Source of the DNA: an uncultured Verrucomicrobiae bacterium
Lineage (GTDB): Bacteria; Verrucomicrobiota; Verrucomicrobiia; Chthoniobacterales; JAATET01
Direction: 5' to 3'
DNA length: 64,000 bases
Assembly (NCBI GenBank): GCA_963719495.1
Contig: CAVRCI010000014.1
Coordinates: 64,001-128,000 of the forward strand
This document shows, piece by piece, positions 1-10,490 of the stretch. The translations under genes and the position numbers were made by a program. The notes under the pieces are model-generated. The model was not told where the DNA came from and did not search any database. It saw only the letters and a program-made list of their open reading frames with translations. Within the stretch, counting starts at the first letter, position 1. Each line of letters begins with the position of its first letter.

Positions 1-583
1 TCTCCGCCCGCTCGCGGTCCCGAATGCCGCCCGAAGGCTTCACCTTGATCCGGCCCGCCGCGGTATCGAGCATGATCCGGACGGCGTCTTCGGTGGCGCC
101 TTCGCCGTTGAATCCCGTCGAGGTCTTGACGAAATCCGCGCCCGCCTCGACGCAGATTTCGACCATCCGGCCAATCGTGGCCGGGTCGAGCTGGGCGGTT
201 TCGAAAATGACCTTGAGCGCGACACCGGCGGCTTTCGTGACTGCGGCGACACCGGCGATGTCCGCGCGGACGTCGTCCCAAAGCCCGGACTTCGCCCAGC
301 CGTAGTTCGCGACCATGTCGATTTCTCCGACCCCCATCTCGACGTAGCGCCTGGCCTCGTCGGCCTTGGAAGCCGGGAGTCCGACGCCGTGGGGAAATCC
401 CAGAACGACGCAGACGCGGGTGTCGGTGCCTTCGCAGGCCGCCAGAGCCTGCTCGATGTCGCAGGGTCTCACGCAGACGCTGTAGGTCCCGTGATCGACG
501 CAGGTCCGCAGCGCTTCGGTGAGCTCACTCCGGGTGGTCTCGGGTTTCAAAATTGCGGGGTCGAGGTAGCGGGAGAGCGTCAT
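1..583 (-). CDS. deoC: Deoxyribose-phosphate aldolase (3' end runs off the window)
   Basis: Manual translation from ATG 583: MTLSRYLDPAILKP...VLGFPHG...EIDMVAN...LKVIFET...ADFVKTSTGF...KVKPSGGIR; typical DERA motifs. Not in the ORF track because the stop lies outside the window. Confidence 0.93.
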   Translation of the reverse strand, partial: MTLSRYLDPAILKPETTRSELTEALRTCVDHGTYSVCVRPCDIEQALAACEGTDTRVCVVLGFPHGVGLPASKADEARRYVEMGVGEIDMVANYGWAKSGLWDDVRADIAGVAAVTKAAGVALKVIFETAQLDPATIGRMVEICVEAGADFVKTSTGFNGEGATEDAVRIMLDTAAGRIKVKPSGGIRDRERAE

Positions 584-636
584 ACCTTCTCGTTTTACGG
601 GAAGGGTTCAGGTCGGTGGAGTCAATTCAACCCTTA

Positions 637-650
637 TGCAACCAAAAGCA
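637..650. promoter_or_regulatory. Candidate LacI-family operator (tgcaaccaaaagca) between divergent deoC and the cassette
   Basis: Resembles the 14-bp TGCAAYCARTTRCA motif at 14311, 14469 and 15597. Confidence 0.35.
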
Positions 651-709
651 CGATGCACGATTTGAGGGGCGTCTGCCCGCGGATAGGTTGTTGCCACCCC
701 TTAGCAGTC

Positions 710-1207
710 ATGAATCGTCCCCCTCTCCGCCCCGCCACCAGCGGCTTCAGCCTCATCGAAGTCACCTTGGCCATCGGCATCATCGCCTTCGCACTCACCG
801 CCGTCGTGGGCCTGCTTCCCGTTGGTTTGACCTCGTTTCGCCAAGCCATCGACGTCTCGACCGAGAACCGGATCGTTCAGCGGTTTGCGGCCGAGGCGCG
901 ACAGACGGAGTTCGCCACCCTGGTCGGCACGGGAAGCACCGAGTATCCGATCCGCCATTTCGACGATCAGGGAACGGAAGTCTCCAGCGGTGCCGATGGC
1001 ATCTACAGTGCCAAAATGGTCGCCACCGCGCCCGCCAATCTGCCCGGCGGCACCACGACAGACCTCGCCCGCCTCGTCATCGACATCGTTCGCAATCCCG
1101 GGAACAAGACTCTCGGCCGGGACCCGGCTACGGGCGGCATCAAAGACGAGCCCGCCGAGGGACTTTCCGTCTCGCGTCATTCGACACTGATTACCCGGCG
1201 CCAGTGA
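710..1207 (+). CDS. Verru_Chthon cassette protein B (pilin-like)
   Basis: G^FSLIEVTLAIGIIAFAL prepilin cleavage motif, GLLPVGL and FDDQG motifs; first gene of a B-C-A-D cluster. Start taken at ATG 710. Confidence 0.85.
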   Translation: MNRPPLRPATSGFSLIEVTLAIGIIAFALTAVVGLLPVGLTSFRQAIDVSTENRIVQRFAAEARQTEFATLVGTGSTEYPIRHFDDQGTEVSSGADGIYSAKMVATAPANLPGGTTTDLARLVIDIVRNPGNKTLGRDPATGGIKDEPAEGLSVSRHSTLITRRQ

Positions 1208-2238
1208 TGAGGGGCCTGTCCGCGCGGGTCGGTCACGGGTTCACCTTGATCGAGGTGCTCGTCGCCACGACCGTTCTGGTCGTCATCATGGGAATTCTGC
1301 TCGGGATCACGAGTCAGGTGAGCGACACGTGGCGGCGGACGACCGGCGAGATCGAGCAATTCCGCGAGGCGCGGGATGGATTCGAATCAATGACCCGCCG
1401 TCTGCGGCAGGCCACGCTGAATACCTTCTGGGACTACAACGACGTGTCGGCTCCGACCGACTACGTGCGCCAGTCCGAGCTGCGATTCATCTCGGGTCCA
1501 GCCTCGACTCTGGTCAGCGGCGGGGGCGATCTCGTGACTCAAGCGATTTTCTTCCAGGCTCCGCTCGGAATGGTCGTCGACGCTCCCGACGCCGAGGGAC
1601 TCGAGGAATTGCTCAACACCTGGGGCTACTTCGTCGAGTTCGGCGACGATCTCGCCAGTCGTCCGAGCATCATCACGACCGCCATCAGTCCGCCGCAATA
1701 TCGCTACCGGCTCTACGAACTCATGGAGCCGGCGAACGAACTTTCGATCTACACCCACACCTCCGGCGTGACGGGATCCGTGCCCAACAATCTCACCTAC
1801 AACGGTCGACAATGGTTCAACGACTCAATGGCCCAACCCTCGGCCACGCGGCCCGCCCGGCCCCTGGCGAACAACATCATCGCCCTCGTGATCCTGCCCA
1901 AGCTGTCGGCGCAGGAGGATCCGACCGAGAGCCGACTCGCGCCAAACTACCTTTACGACTCCACGGTCGAAATCTCCGATCCTGAGGTCAATCCGAAGAA
2001 CCAACTTCCGCCCGTGTTGCAGGTCACCATGGTCGCCATCGACGAAGTCTCCGCCAAGCGCCTGGCTTCCGGCAGCACCCCGCCGGACCTCGGACTCGGC
2101 TCGCTTTTCCAATCGGCGTCCGCTTACGAGAGCGATCTGGCGACCCTCGAAGCCACCCTCAATCAGAACAAGGTCAGTTACCGGGTCTTCACCAGCGCCA
2201 TCGCCATCCAAGGTGCCAAGTGGAGCACGGAACAGTAG
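1207..2238 (+). CDS. Verru_Chthon cassette protein C (pilin-like)
   Basis: G^FTLIEVLV; LRQATLNTFWDY, RQSELRF, IFFQAPLG, LNTWGYFVEFG and QLPPVLQVTMVAIDE motifs; TGATG overlap with B. Confidence 0.88.
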   Translation: MRGLSARVGHGFTLIEVLVATTVLVVIMGILLGITSQVSDTWRRTTGEIEQFREARDGFESMTRRLRQATLNTFWDYNDVSAPTDYVRQSELRFISGPASTLVSGGGDLVTQAIFFQAPLGMVVDAPDAEGLEELLNTWGYFVEFGDDLASRPSIITTAISPPQYRYRLYELMEPANELSIYTHTSGVTGSVPNNLTYNGRQWFNDSMAQPSATRPARPLANNIIALVILPKLSAQEDPTESRLAPNYLYDSTVEISDPEVNPKNQLPPVLQVTMVAIDEVSAKRLASGSTPPDLGLGSLFQSASAYESDLATLEATLNQNKVSYRVFTSAIAIQGAKWSTEQ

Positions 2239-2262
2239 CCGCTTTTTTAAAAACCCTCCGCA

Positions 2263-5200
2263 ATGAACCCGCCATCTCCCCGCACCCCACCGCCCACCTC
2301 CGTCCGTCGCCGTCCGCTCCATCGAGCGGGTTCCCGCGGCGTCGCGCTCGTCATCGTGCTCGCCTGCCTGGTGCTGATGGTCGCACTCGTGATCGGATTC
2401 TTTTCCAGCGTGACGACCGAGTTGGTGGCGTCGAAGAGCCAGGCGGACAGCAGCTCCGCGCAGCGGGATGGCGAGGTGGCCGTGGAGATTGCGATGGCGC
2501 AGATCCGGGCGGGGACTTTTGGGCACACGGACCCGGCGGATCCCGCCAGCGCCCGCGTGGCCTGGGCGTCGCAGCCGGGGATGATCCGCACCTGGGACGC
2601 GGCGGGTGCCCCGGGGAATTTTTACAAATTGTATTCCGATCTCGAAATGATCCGCCCCGGCACCGGCTTCACCGCAGCGGCCGCCGCGCCTCCGGCGGAT
2701 TGGGACGGGAGTCCCGGCGTTTTCACCGATCTCAACAGCCCGGTCGTCCGAGGGACCAAGGTGGATTTCCCCATCCTCGATCCCCGGGCCAGGACATCCA
2801 GTCCCGCGACGAGTATCGAGGGATTCGACTATTCGGCGGGAGTCAATGGCGTCGCGTTGCCGGGCGGGAATCCCGCCGATCAGCGTCTGCCGATGCCGGT
2901 GCGGTGGCTGTATCTGCTGGAAGACGGGACCGTCTCCGCGCCGACCGGCCAAGCGGGCGCGGACGTGTCGATGACCCCAGCTCCGACCGCCGCCAATCCC
3001 ATCGTCGGCCGGGTGGCATTCTGGACGGATGACGATACCAGCAAGGTGAACGTCAACACGGCTTCGGAGGGTGTCTACTACGACATCCCGCGCTTCTACT
3101 CGCGTGATGAGAACAACCTGGCGATGTCTCCGCCCGTCATCGGCGAGTATCAGCGCTATCCCGGCCACCCGGCGACGACCTCGCTTTCCACGGTTTTCGG
3201 TCCTTGGTTACCCAGCGTCCAGACCACACTCAAGGTTGCAAATTATGCCGACACGAAAAAATACTTCGATCTGGCACCCCGGGTCGCCAGTAACGGCGGC
3301 ACAATGGGTGGAACGGTGACGAGCTCTGTTGGGTTGCCAGAAGATCCCGAACGAGGTCGCTCGTCTCTATGCCTCCCTCGATGAGATGCTCTACAAGCCG
3401 GATCGCACCCGGAACCTGACGGAGATCGACAAAGACGTCCTCGAAAAGACCAAGTTCTTCCTCACGGAATCCAGCCGCGCGCCGGACCTCAATCTTTTCG
3501 GAACTCCGCGTGTCACGATCTGGCCCTTGCCAGCGCAGACCGGGGACTTCCGCACCTCCCAGGATAAATTAATCGCTTTCTGCTCCACCGTCGGCGGCAA
3601 TCTGTTCGGTTTTCAGCGAAATAATCCGAAGAGCCAGACGGACGACTTCGAGCTACTCGACAGAAACAAGCAGATCTTCTCGTATTTGCAGGATCTGACC
3701 GCGCTCGACGTTCCCGGGTTTGGAAGCAGTCTGCTCGGCGCGTTCGGCACGCCTGCCGAGCGTAATCAAATCCTCGTGGAAATCTTCGATTACATCCGCG
3801 TGAGCAATTTGAACGACCCGAATTTCTCTGACGATAAAATGCGGGTTACACGAACTCCTTCCGGCAATGATACGAGGATACTTCGCGGCTTACGACCAAA
3901 ACAAGTCGCCGGGGCAGGTCCTGCCGATCGAAATCGACACGGGTGGCCAGACCTACCGGGGCGCCGGTCGGTTTCCGCTCATCGATCAAGTAGCTATGGT
4001 CTTCTACATAAAGGATCAGCCGACGGTGACCGGTGGCACGATCACGGCGAGATTCGGTGTCCTATGTGCTCATGAATCTGCATCACCCCATGCTGGGTTC
4101 GATGAACTCCATCGATAACTTCAAGGTTCGGGGGAGCGTCTCGGCCGGGGATTTGCGATGACGTTCAAGTCCATCGATTCCACCGTGACGGTGTCGCCAA
4201 CGGCCCCTCAGAGTCTCCAAATGCTGGGAGGGAGCGGGAGTTCGCGGATATTGTGGGCTAATGCTCCGGCGCGTTACGCGGAAAAGGGTGCCAGCTGGGG
4301 TGGAAATCACACCGCCTATCCTTTTTTTGCCAAGCACGGCGTAGGGAAGGGTGGCAAAAAAGAATATACCTTCCGCTCCGACGCCAACGTGACGATCTCC
4401 GTCACCAGCACCACGGCACCGTCGGGTTCGCCCCATCAATTTTTGCGGGACAAGGTCCGGTGGGATTTCTCGGGAGGGACGTTCGATATCCAGATCCTGA
4501 GCGCTGACAGTCCCGACAATCCCGGGGATGGCTTTGATGAGATTCAGAGACTACACCTTCGAGTTTCCAGCGGTCGTGGGAACGGCGAACACCGGCCTGA
4601 ATTGCCCGACCGGCTATAGTTTCAACGGAAGCCCAATTCTACACCTTCGACACCAACACGCGCTTTTTTGATAAGCCACTTGCTGAACGGATACCGTTCC
4701 TTGGATACGACATCGTCCGAGCCTTGCAGGTCGATCATCTTCGCGTCGGCGCGAAGGCGGACAATCGGTTGATCGCTTACACCGGGGAGATTCCGAAGGA
4801 GTGGTTTTCTCCCCACAAGAACTACGCGGACTTGAACGTCGATTACGCTCACACGATGCGCAAATCCATCGGCGACAATGGTGGAGCGCTTCGGCCACAG
4901 GACTCGCCGGGACCCTGGTCGCCGGCCAGGGATCTTCTGCCCAGACCAAATTGCCCTTCATTCGTTCCGAGATCAACGGCGTGAAACACGTGAACAATGG
5001 CCAGGGCGATTGGGACAACGGGTTCGGAGCTGTCCCGGATGGTCCTTATCTGAACCGCGCTGACGAAGGAATTGCTCCCAGCGGCAATGAACTCGCTTAC
5101 TTCGAATACGACGGTCGTCCTCAGGACAAAAATCTCACTTCTCCGAATCGACAGCTGCCCTCTGCGGCGATGTTCAGTTCACTGCCCACCGGCGTGCAGC

Positions 5201-5995
5201 GGGGACTTCCGTGGCAAACGCTGCTTTTCCGACCTGACTCGGGGAATCATCCCGGCTTGGGCACACCGGCCAATGGGCCTCCGTTCACCAAAGTCCCGGA
5301 CTACCTGCTGCTCGATCTCTTTCAGATGCCGATCGTCGAGCCTTATGCGATCAGCGAGCCGCTCTCGACTGCAGGCCGGGTGAACATGAATTTCGCGATG
5401 GTCCCGTTCGACTACATCACCCGGGAGACGGCAGTTCGCGCGGTCATGAAGAATGAATACGTTACCGCGATTCCAAATGGCTATACGTTGTACAAGTCGT
5501 TGGTGTCGGGCAATAATACCGGGACGTTACCGTCACCCCGTCAATCTCGACGAAACTTTGGAAGGCTTTTACGAGCGATTCAATCAAAACGAGATCTTCC
5601 GCAGTCCCACCGAGATTTGCTCCATTGCCGTCGTGCCGACGAAGGGGAGTGCGAGTTATGACAATATGAATGCGTTCTGGAATACTCACCAGCTCACTGG
5701 CGACAATGTCCGCGAGCGCCCCTACACCACCATCTACCCGCGCCTGACCACACAGTCCAATACCTACACCGTTCACGTCCGGGCCCAGGCGCTCAAGAAG
5801 GTCCCGGGGACGAGTGCGAACCAATGGGAAGAGGGGCGCGACCAGGTGCTTTCGGAATACCGGGGGCACAGCACCATCGAGCGCTACGTCGACCCGAGCG
5901 ATCCGGCGCTTCCCGACTTCGCCACCGAGCCCAGCGAAACGCTCGGCCCCTACTATCGGTTCCGCACCCTCACCACGAAGAAGTTTTCCCCATGA
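2263..5995 (+). pseudogene. Verru_Chthon cassette protein A (large, PilX-like N-terminus), broken by many frameshifts (pseudogene or sequencing error)
   Basis: G^VALVIVL N-terminus and family motifs (WASQPGMIR, GRVAFWTDD, EYQRYPGHPATT, RLYASLDE, GDWDNG..DGPYLN, PWQTLLFRP, EPYAISEPLSTAG, RERPY..IYPRLTT, ERYVDP) spread over ORFs 2263-3384, 3329-4075, 3867-4118, 4158-4619, 4724-4984, 4801-5661 and 5453-5995. Confidence 0.85.
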
Positions 5996-6618
5996 GGCGC
6001 GCGGCATTTTCCCTCGTCGAGCTGCTGGTCGTGATCGCGGTGATCGCCTTGATCGCCACGTTCGCCGCTCCCGCGCTCAATACCGTGCTCCAAGGCACGC
6101 AACTCTCCCGCGCATCGCAGTTGCTGCAGAACGAACTGGCGCTGGCGCGGCAGAAGGCGCTCGCGAGCAATCAAGACGTCGAAGTGCGATTCTATCGATT
6201 CGGCGACGCGGGTGTGCCCGGCGAGAACGCGTCCGATCCGTCATCGGGAAAGTATCGCGCCTTCCAGGCGTTTTCCTACGACGACGACGGAATGGCGCGC
6301 CCGATCGGGAAAGTGCAGCGCCTTCCCGAGTCCATCGTGTTCGACCGCGGAGCTCTTTCGAGCCTGTTGGAGTCTTCGCGTTCGAAATCGTGGGGCAGCG
6401 AAGTCAAGCCGCCTCTGGCCGACGTCGGAACCTCCTACGAGACGAGGGCGTTTCAGTTCCGACCCGACGGGTCCACCGATCTCGCGCCCGTCGGGCCCCA
6501 TTGGTTCATCACGCTCCACGCTGAGAAAGATGGGGACAACCTGGCGGCGCTGCCCAAAAATTTCGCCACGATCCGCGTCGACGCGGTGAACGGGCAAAAC
6601 CGCCTCTACCGACCCTGA
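5992..6618 (+). CDS. Verru_Chthon cassette protein D (FimU/GspH-like pilin)
   Basis: A^FSLVELLVVIAVI, LALARQ.A, VEVRFY and FQFRPDGST motifs; ATGA overlap with the end of A. Confidence 0.88.
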   Translation: MRRAAFSLVELLVVIAVIALIATFAAPALNTVLQGTQLSRASQLLQNELALARQKALASNQDVEVRFYRFGDAGVPGENASDPSSGKYRAFQAFSYDDDGMARPIGKVQRLPESIVFDRGALSSLLESSRSKSWGSEVKPPLADVGTSYETRAFQFRPDGSTDLAPVGPHWFITLHAEKDGDNLAALPKNFATIRVDAVNGQNRLYRP

Positions 6619-6793
6619 GTGGGGGCGTCGCAAGCGGAACTCGATGATACGCGGCGATCATCCCGCCGGATGCGCATCGAATAGCATTTCGCCGAGATTG
6701 CGAACCGCGTTGCGACCGGGAAATTTCTACATGCAAGCCTTCCGAATTCGGAGTGGGCTTGCAAAACAACAAAATAAAAATACCCCACCCCTT

Positions 6794-7699
6794 ATGAAAC
6801 CCTCCCGTTACCTCCCTCTCCTCGCGTCCGCGATCGCCGTTGCGATCCCGGTCGCTTCCTCGCAAGCCCAAGTGATCGTGAACTCCGCGGGCAGCCCGCA
6901 AGTGATCACGTTTGATTCAAACTTTGCCGGGGTTGTCAGCACCGGCACGAAGCTTGGAACCGAAAGCTTGGCGGAGCCTAATTCCTACCCCGTCACTCCG
7001 GCAAACCCTGCGGACCGACAAAACGTCCTCATCACGACAGGAGCTTCGATTAGGGCGCAGTTTTCAAATAGCGGAAACCCATTTGCGTTTGGGGCCGATG
7101 CGAATAACAACACGACGACGAATAATGTAGTCTTTTACAAGAACGTGGTAGGGATTTATCGCCCTACTGATACTGGGACAACTCCGTCATCTGGTTGGGC
7201 AGCGAGTGCAGTTGGTGATCTGACGCAACTCACGTCGAATGCCTTCGCGTTGAACCAAGCCGGCACATTCCAGAATGGTGGTTTGTATCTCAGGATCCAG
7301 AATAACACCGGCGCGGCCGTCAGCCAGTGGAGCTTCGGGTCGGATGTTTTTTACGCTGATGATAATACGAATTATTCGACTTTCACGTGGGGGTTCTCCG
7401 CCACGAACTCAACTAACGTTGCGGCGATGACCTTCACGAGTCTTGGAGCGACTCCAGCGATTTCGAATACCGACACGTTGGCAGATGCTAAGTCTTTGAG
7501 CGCAATGAACGTCGTCACCCCTTCCGTCGCTAACGGCGATTACATCGTCTTGCGTTTCCTATCGAGTGGTGGCAATGACGGGTCCACGATCTTTCTCGAC
7601 AACATCAGCATCGCCGCCGTGCCGGAGCCCGGCACATGGGCCCTGTTGGGACTTGGTATTCTGGCCATCGTGATCAAGCGGCGCCGTCGTCTCGCCTGA
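6794..7699 (+). CDS. PEP-CTERM sorting domain surface protein
   Basis: Signal peptide; C-terminal VPEP + hydrophobic helix + KRRRR. Confidence 0.9.
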   Translation: MKPSRYLPLLASAIAVAIPVASSQAQVIVNSAGSPQVITFDSNFAGVVSTGTKLGTESLAEPNSYPVTPANPADRQNVLITTGASIRAQFSNSGNPFAFGADANNNTTTNNVVFYKNVVGIYRPTDTGTTPSSGWAASAVGDLTQLTSNAFALNQAGTFQNGGLYLRIQNNTGAAVSQWSFGSDVFYADDNTNYSTFTWGFSATNSTNVAAMTFTSLGATPAISNTDTLADAKSLSAMNVVTPSVANGDYIVLRFLSSGGNDGSTIFLDNISIAAVPEPGTWALLGLGILAIVIKRRRRLA

Positions 7700-7726
7700 T
7701 TGACTTAGGCATCGATCTCTCATCGC

Positions 7727-7765
7727 AAACCGCCCGTCTCGTCCCGAGACGGGCGGTTTCTTTTT
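7727..7765 (+). terminator. Rho-independent terminator
   Basis: 15-bp perfect stem aaaccgcccgtctcg / cgagacgggcggttt followed by a T-rich tail. Confidence 0.85.
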
Positions 7766-8123
7766 GAGGGCCTGACACTTCCGGCACCGCGACGGTTAGC
7801 GTTAGCTTCGGGACGCGAGGCGATCCTTCGGCGGCCCCGGATCGGACTTAGCATTGTGCATCCAATCGCACGGAGCGGGCATTGCCATGGGCGGAGGAAA
7901 TTCTATTTCTGAACTCTCCCTCATGCACGACTTCACCCAGTCCAGCCCGGTCCTTCCGACGAAGGCGCTAATGCTTTCATCTCGACCCTCGAGCCGTCAC
8001 GCAAACGGTGGCGTCCGCATCGTTCCACCAACGATCCTGATGGGCGGGAAACGTCCGCCGGGTGAGTCCATCCCGCTGATTTCAATTTACCCGCGTCACC
8101 CAACCAAGCCCCCATCCCCCTAA

Positions 8124-10370
8124 ATGAAACACACCAAATACCGTCACTTCATCGGAAAGCTCCTTTCCACGGCCGCATTCGCGGTCGCCGTCTCGCTCGC
8201 GTCTCACGACGCGTCCGCCGCTGATCTCCGGAGTCAATACACGTTCAAGCCGATCAAGATCGGCGGCGGCGGCTGGGTGACCGGGATGGCGATCCACCCG
8301 TATTCGGCGAACGTCGTCTATTGCCGCACCGACGTCGGCGGGGCCTACCGCTGGAACAACTCCACCCGATCGTGGAAGCAGCTCATCACGGCGAGCAGCA
8401 TGCCCGCCGCTTTGATGAATCTCAACGAAGGCAACCCGGGCGTCATCCGGAAGCAGGCTTACAACGTGGAATCCATCGGCCTGGCGCCCTCGGGTTCCAG
8501 CACGATTTACCTCGCGGCTGGGGATACGGCCAGCGGGGAAGCGGGCGGGTTTTTGTTCAAGAGCACGGACTACGGCAACACCTTCAGCCTGCTCCCGCTG
8601 CGCGTCTTCATGAAGGGCAATAGCGCCTTCCGGACGACGGGCGAGAGGATTGCCGTGAAGCCCAACAATAACGATATCGTGCTGTTCGGCACCCGTCGCG
8701 ACGGCCTCCAGCGGTCGACGAACGGGGGTGCCTCGTGGACGCGGGTGACGAGTCTGCCCGGCGGCGTGAAGATCAGCGGCATGGACGTGGGCGTGTGCGC
8801 CGTGCAGTTCGACCTCGGGGTTGCGGACCGGGCGTATGCTTCAGTCGCCGGCCAGGGAATCTACCGCTCCGACAACGCCGGGGCGAGTTGGTATCCCATC
8901 CTGAGCACCACCTGGGCGGAGGACATGCAGTGGAGCAATGGCGACCTGTTCATCTGCTCGCGTTCGCAGGGACTCGGCGTGCGCAAGTATGCTTCGGCCA
9001 CCGGGACGTGGAGCAACATCACTCCGAACGGGGTCACCGGCATCGAGGACATCGCCGTCGCTCCCTGGAACAAGAACCGCGTCTACGCGGTCACCGAAGG
9101 CGTGAGCCGAAGCTTCCGCTCCACGAATGGCGGCACGAGCTGGACGGAACTCGCCACGAACAACACGCCGACGGGGCGGACGAAGTTTCAGTCGGCTGAT
9201 TTCCCGTGGGCGGAGAGCAGCACCCTGCGGGAGTTCTTCTCCGTCGGGGCGATCGAACTCGATCCCCAGAATTCCAGTCGTCTCTGGTTTGCGGAAGGCA
9301 TGGGCATGTGGCTCTCGGAGAACATCTCCGACACGAACAACGCCCCGATCCTCAACAACATCTCTTCCGGAATCGAAGAAATGGTGGCCACCGACATCGT
9401 CGCGTTGCCCGGCGGCAAGACGATCAAGACGACGTGGGACCGCATCGGATTCACCCACACGAATCCGGACGTGTCTCCGTCCGACCAGCTTGGACTCAGC
9501 AACGCCTTCTCGTCGGGTTGGTCGGTAGCGACCACGCCGGCGTGGTCGGGTTACGCCGTGGCCAACGTCGTCAATCACCTCAATCGAGATCGAAACTACA
9601 CCGGTCGGACCTACGACGGCGGGGTCAATTGGTATCCCTTCAGTTCGATCGTCAACGGCTTCAACAACCCGGTGGCGCTGAGGTTTGGAGAAATCGTGGT
9701 CTCGGCCACCAGCTTGGATAACCTGGTGTGGCATCCTCGCAACGACAACGACGCCGTTTACTACACCACCAACGGCGGATCGACCTGGAACCTCTCGTCC
9801 CTGGTCGTCAACGACTGGGATTCCTTTTTCTTCGGTGACCGTCGTCGGCTCGCGGTCGACGGAAGCGTGGGCGGGAGGTTTTACTTCTACACTTGGAACG
9901 ACGGCGTCCTCCGCCGCAGCGACAACCAGGGAGCCAGCTTCTACGACGGTGGCGGCCGACTGCCGACCACGACGTATTGGTCGAAACTCGAAGGCGTCTT
10001 CGGAAAGGCGGGCCACCTCTGGTTCACCACCGGTTGGGACCACTACAATCCGTCGCAGTCCGGTCTCTATCGCTCCACCAACTCGGGCGGGCTCTTCACG
10101 AAGCTCCCGAACGTCCAGGACGCCTGGGCGATCGGCTTCGGGAAAGCCGCGTCGGGTGCGACCTATCCGACCATCTTCCTCTACGGTCGGATCAATAATC
10201 AGTGGGGACTCTACCGCTCGACGAACGAGGGAAGCACGTGGGACCTCTGCGCGGACTATCCGCTCGGATTGTTCGACCGCGTGACGGTCGTCACCGGAGA
10301 TCCTGACGTCTTCGGCAAGGTCTACCTCGGCTGGGCTGGCAACAGCTTTGGCTACGGCACCTTCAACTGA
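8124..10370 (+). CDS. Secreted GH74 xyloglucanase-like double beta-propeller hydrolase
   Basis: Signal peptide; IGGGGWVTG, RTDVGGAYRW (catalytic Asp), GERIAV, multiple BNR/Asp-box SxDxG repeats, WDRIGF, GDPDVFGKVYLG. Confidence 0.85.
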   Translation: MKHTKYRHFIGKLLSTAAFAVAVSLASHDASAADLRSQYTFKPIKIGGGGWVTGMAIHPYSANVVYCRTDVGGAYRWNNSTRSWKQLITASSMPAALMNLNEGNPGVIRKQAYNVESIGLAPSGSSTIYLAAGDTASGEAGGFLFKSTDYGNTFSLLPLRVFMKGNSAFRTTGERIAVKPNNNDIVLFGTRRDGLQRSTNGGASWTRVTSLPGGVKISGMDVGVCAVQFDLGVADRAYASVAGQGIYRSDNAGASWYPILSTTWAEDMQWSNGDLFICSRSQGLGVRKYASATGTWSNITPNGVTGIEDIAVAPWNKNRVYAVTEGVSRSFRSTNGGTSWTELATNNTPTGRTKFQSADFPWAESSTLREFFSVGAIELDPQNSSRLWFAEGMGMWLSENISDTNNAPILNNISSGIEEMVATDIVALPGGKTIKTTWDRIGFTHTNPDVSPSDQLGLSNAFSSGWSVATTPAWSGYAVANVVNHLNRDRNYTGRTYDGGVNWYPFSSIVNGFNNPVALRFGEIVVSATSLDNLVWHPRNDNDAVYYTTNGGSTWNLSSLVVNDWDSFFFGDRRRLAVDGSVGGRFYFYTWNDGVLRRSDNQGASFYDGGGRLPTTTYWSKLEGVFGKAGHLWFTTGWDHYNPSQSGLYRSTNSGGLFTKLPNVQDAWAIGFGKAASGATYPTIFLYGRINNQWGLYRSTNEGSTWDLCADYPLGLFDRVTVVTGDPDVFGKVYLGWAGNSFGYGTFN

Positions 10371-10490
10371 TGAGCCTTGGGGTCGAGGGATTCAACGTGA
10401 TCACTCGACATCGCAGCCAACGGCTCCAGTCCGAATCGGGACTGGAAGCCGTTCGCTGATTTTTTTCCAACATCCTGATTCAGTATCCAA

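Noticed and set aside
389..1206. Extended N-termini of cassette B (from 389) and C (from 553)
   Set aside because: They overlap deoC or gene B; prepilin motifs place the starts at 710 and 1207.
7766..8123. Structured ncRNA or riboswitch upstream of the first GH74 gene
   Set aside because: Only short hairpins; no recognisable family motif.
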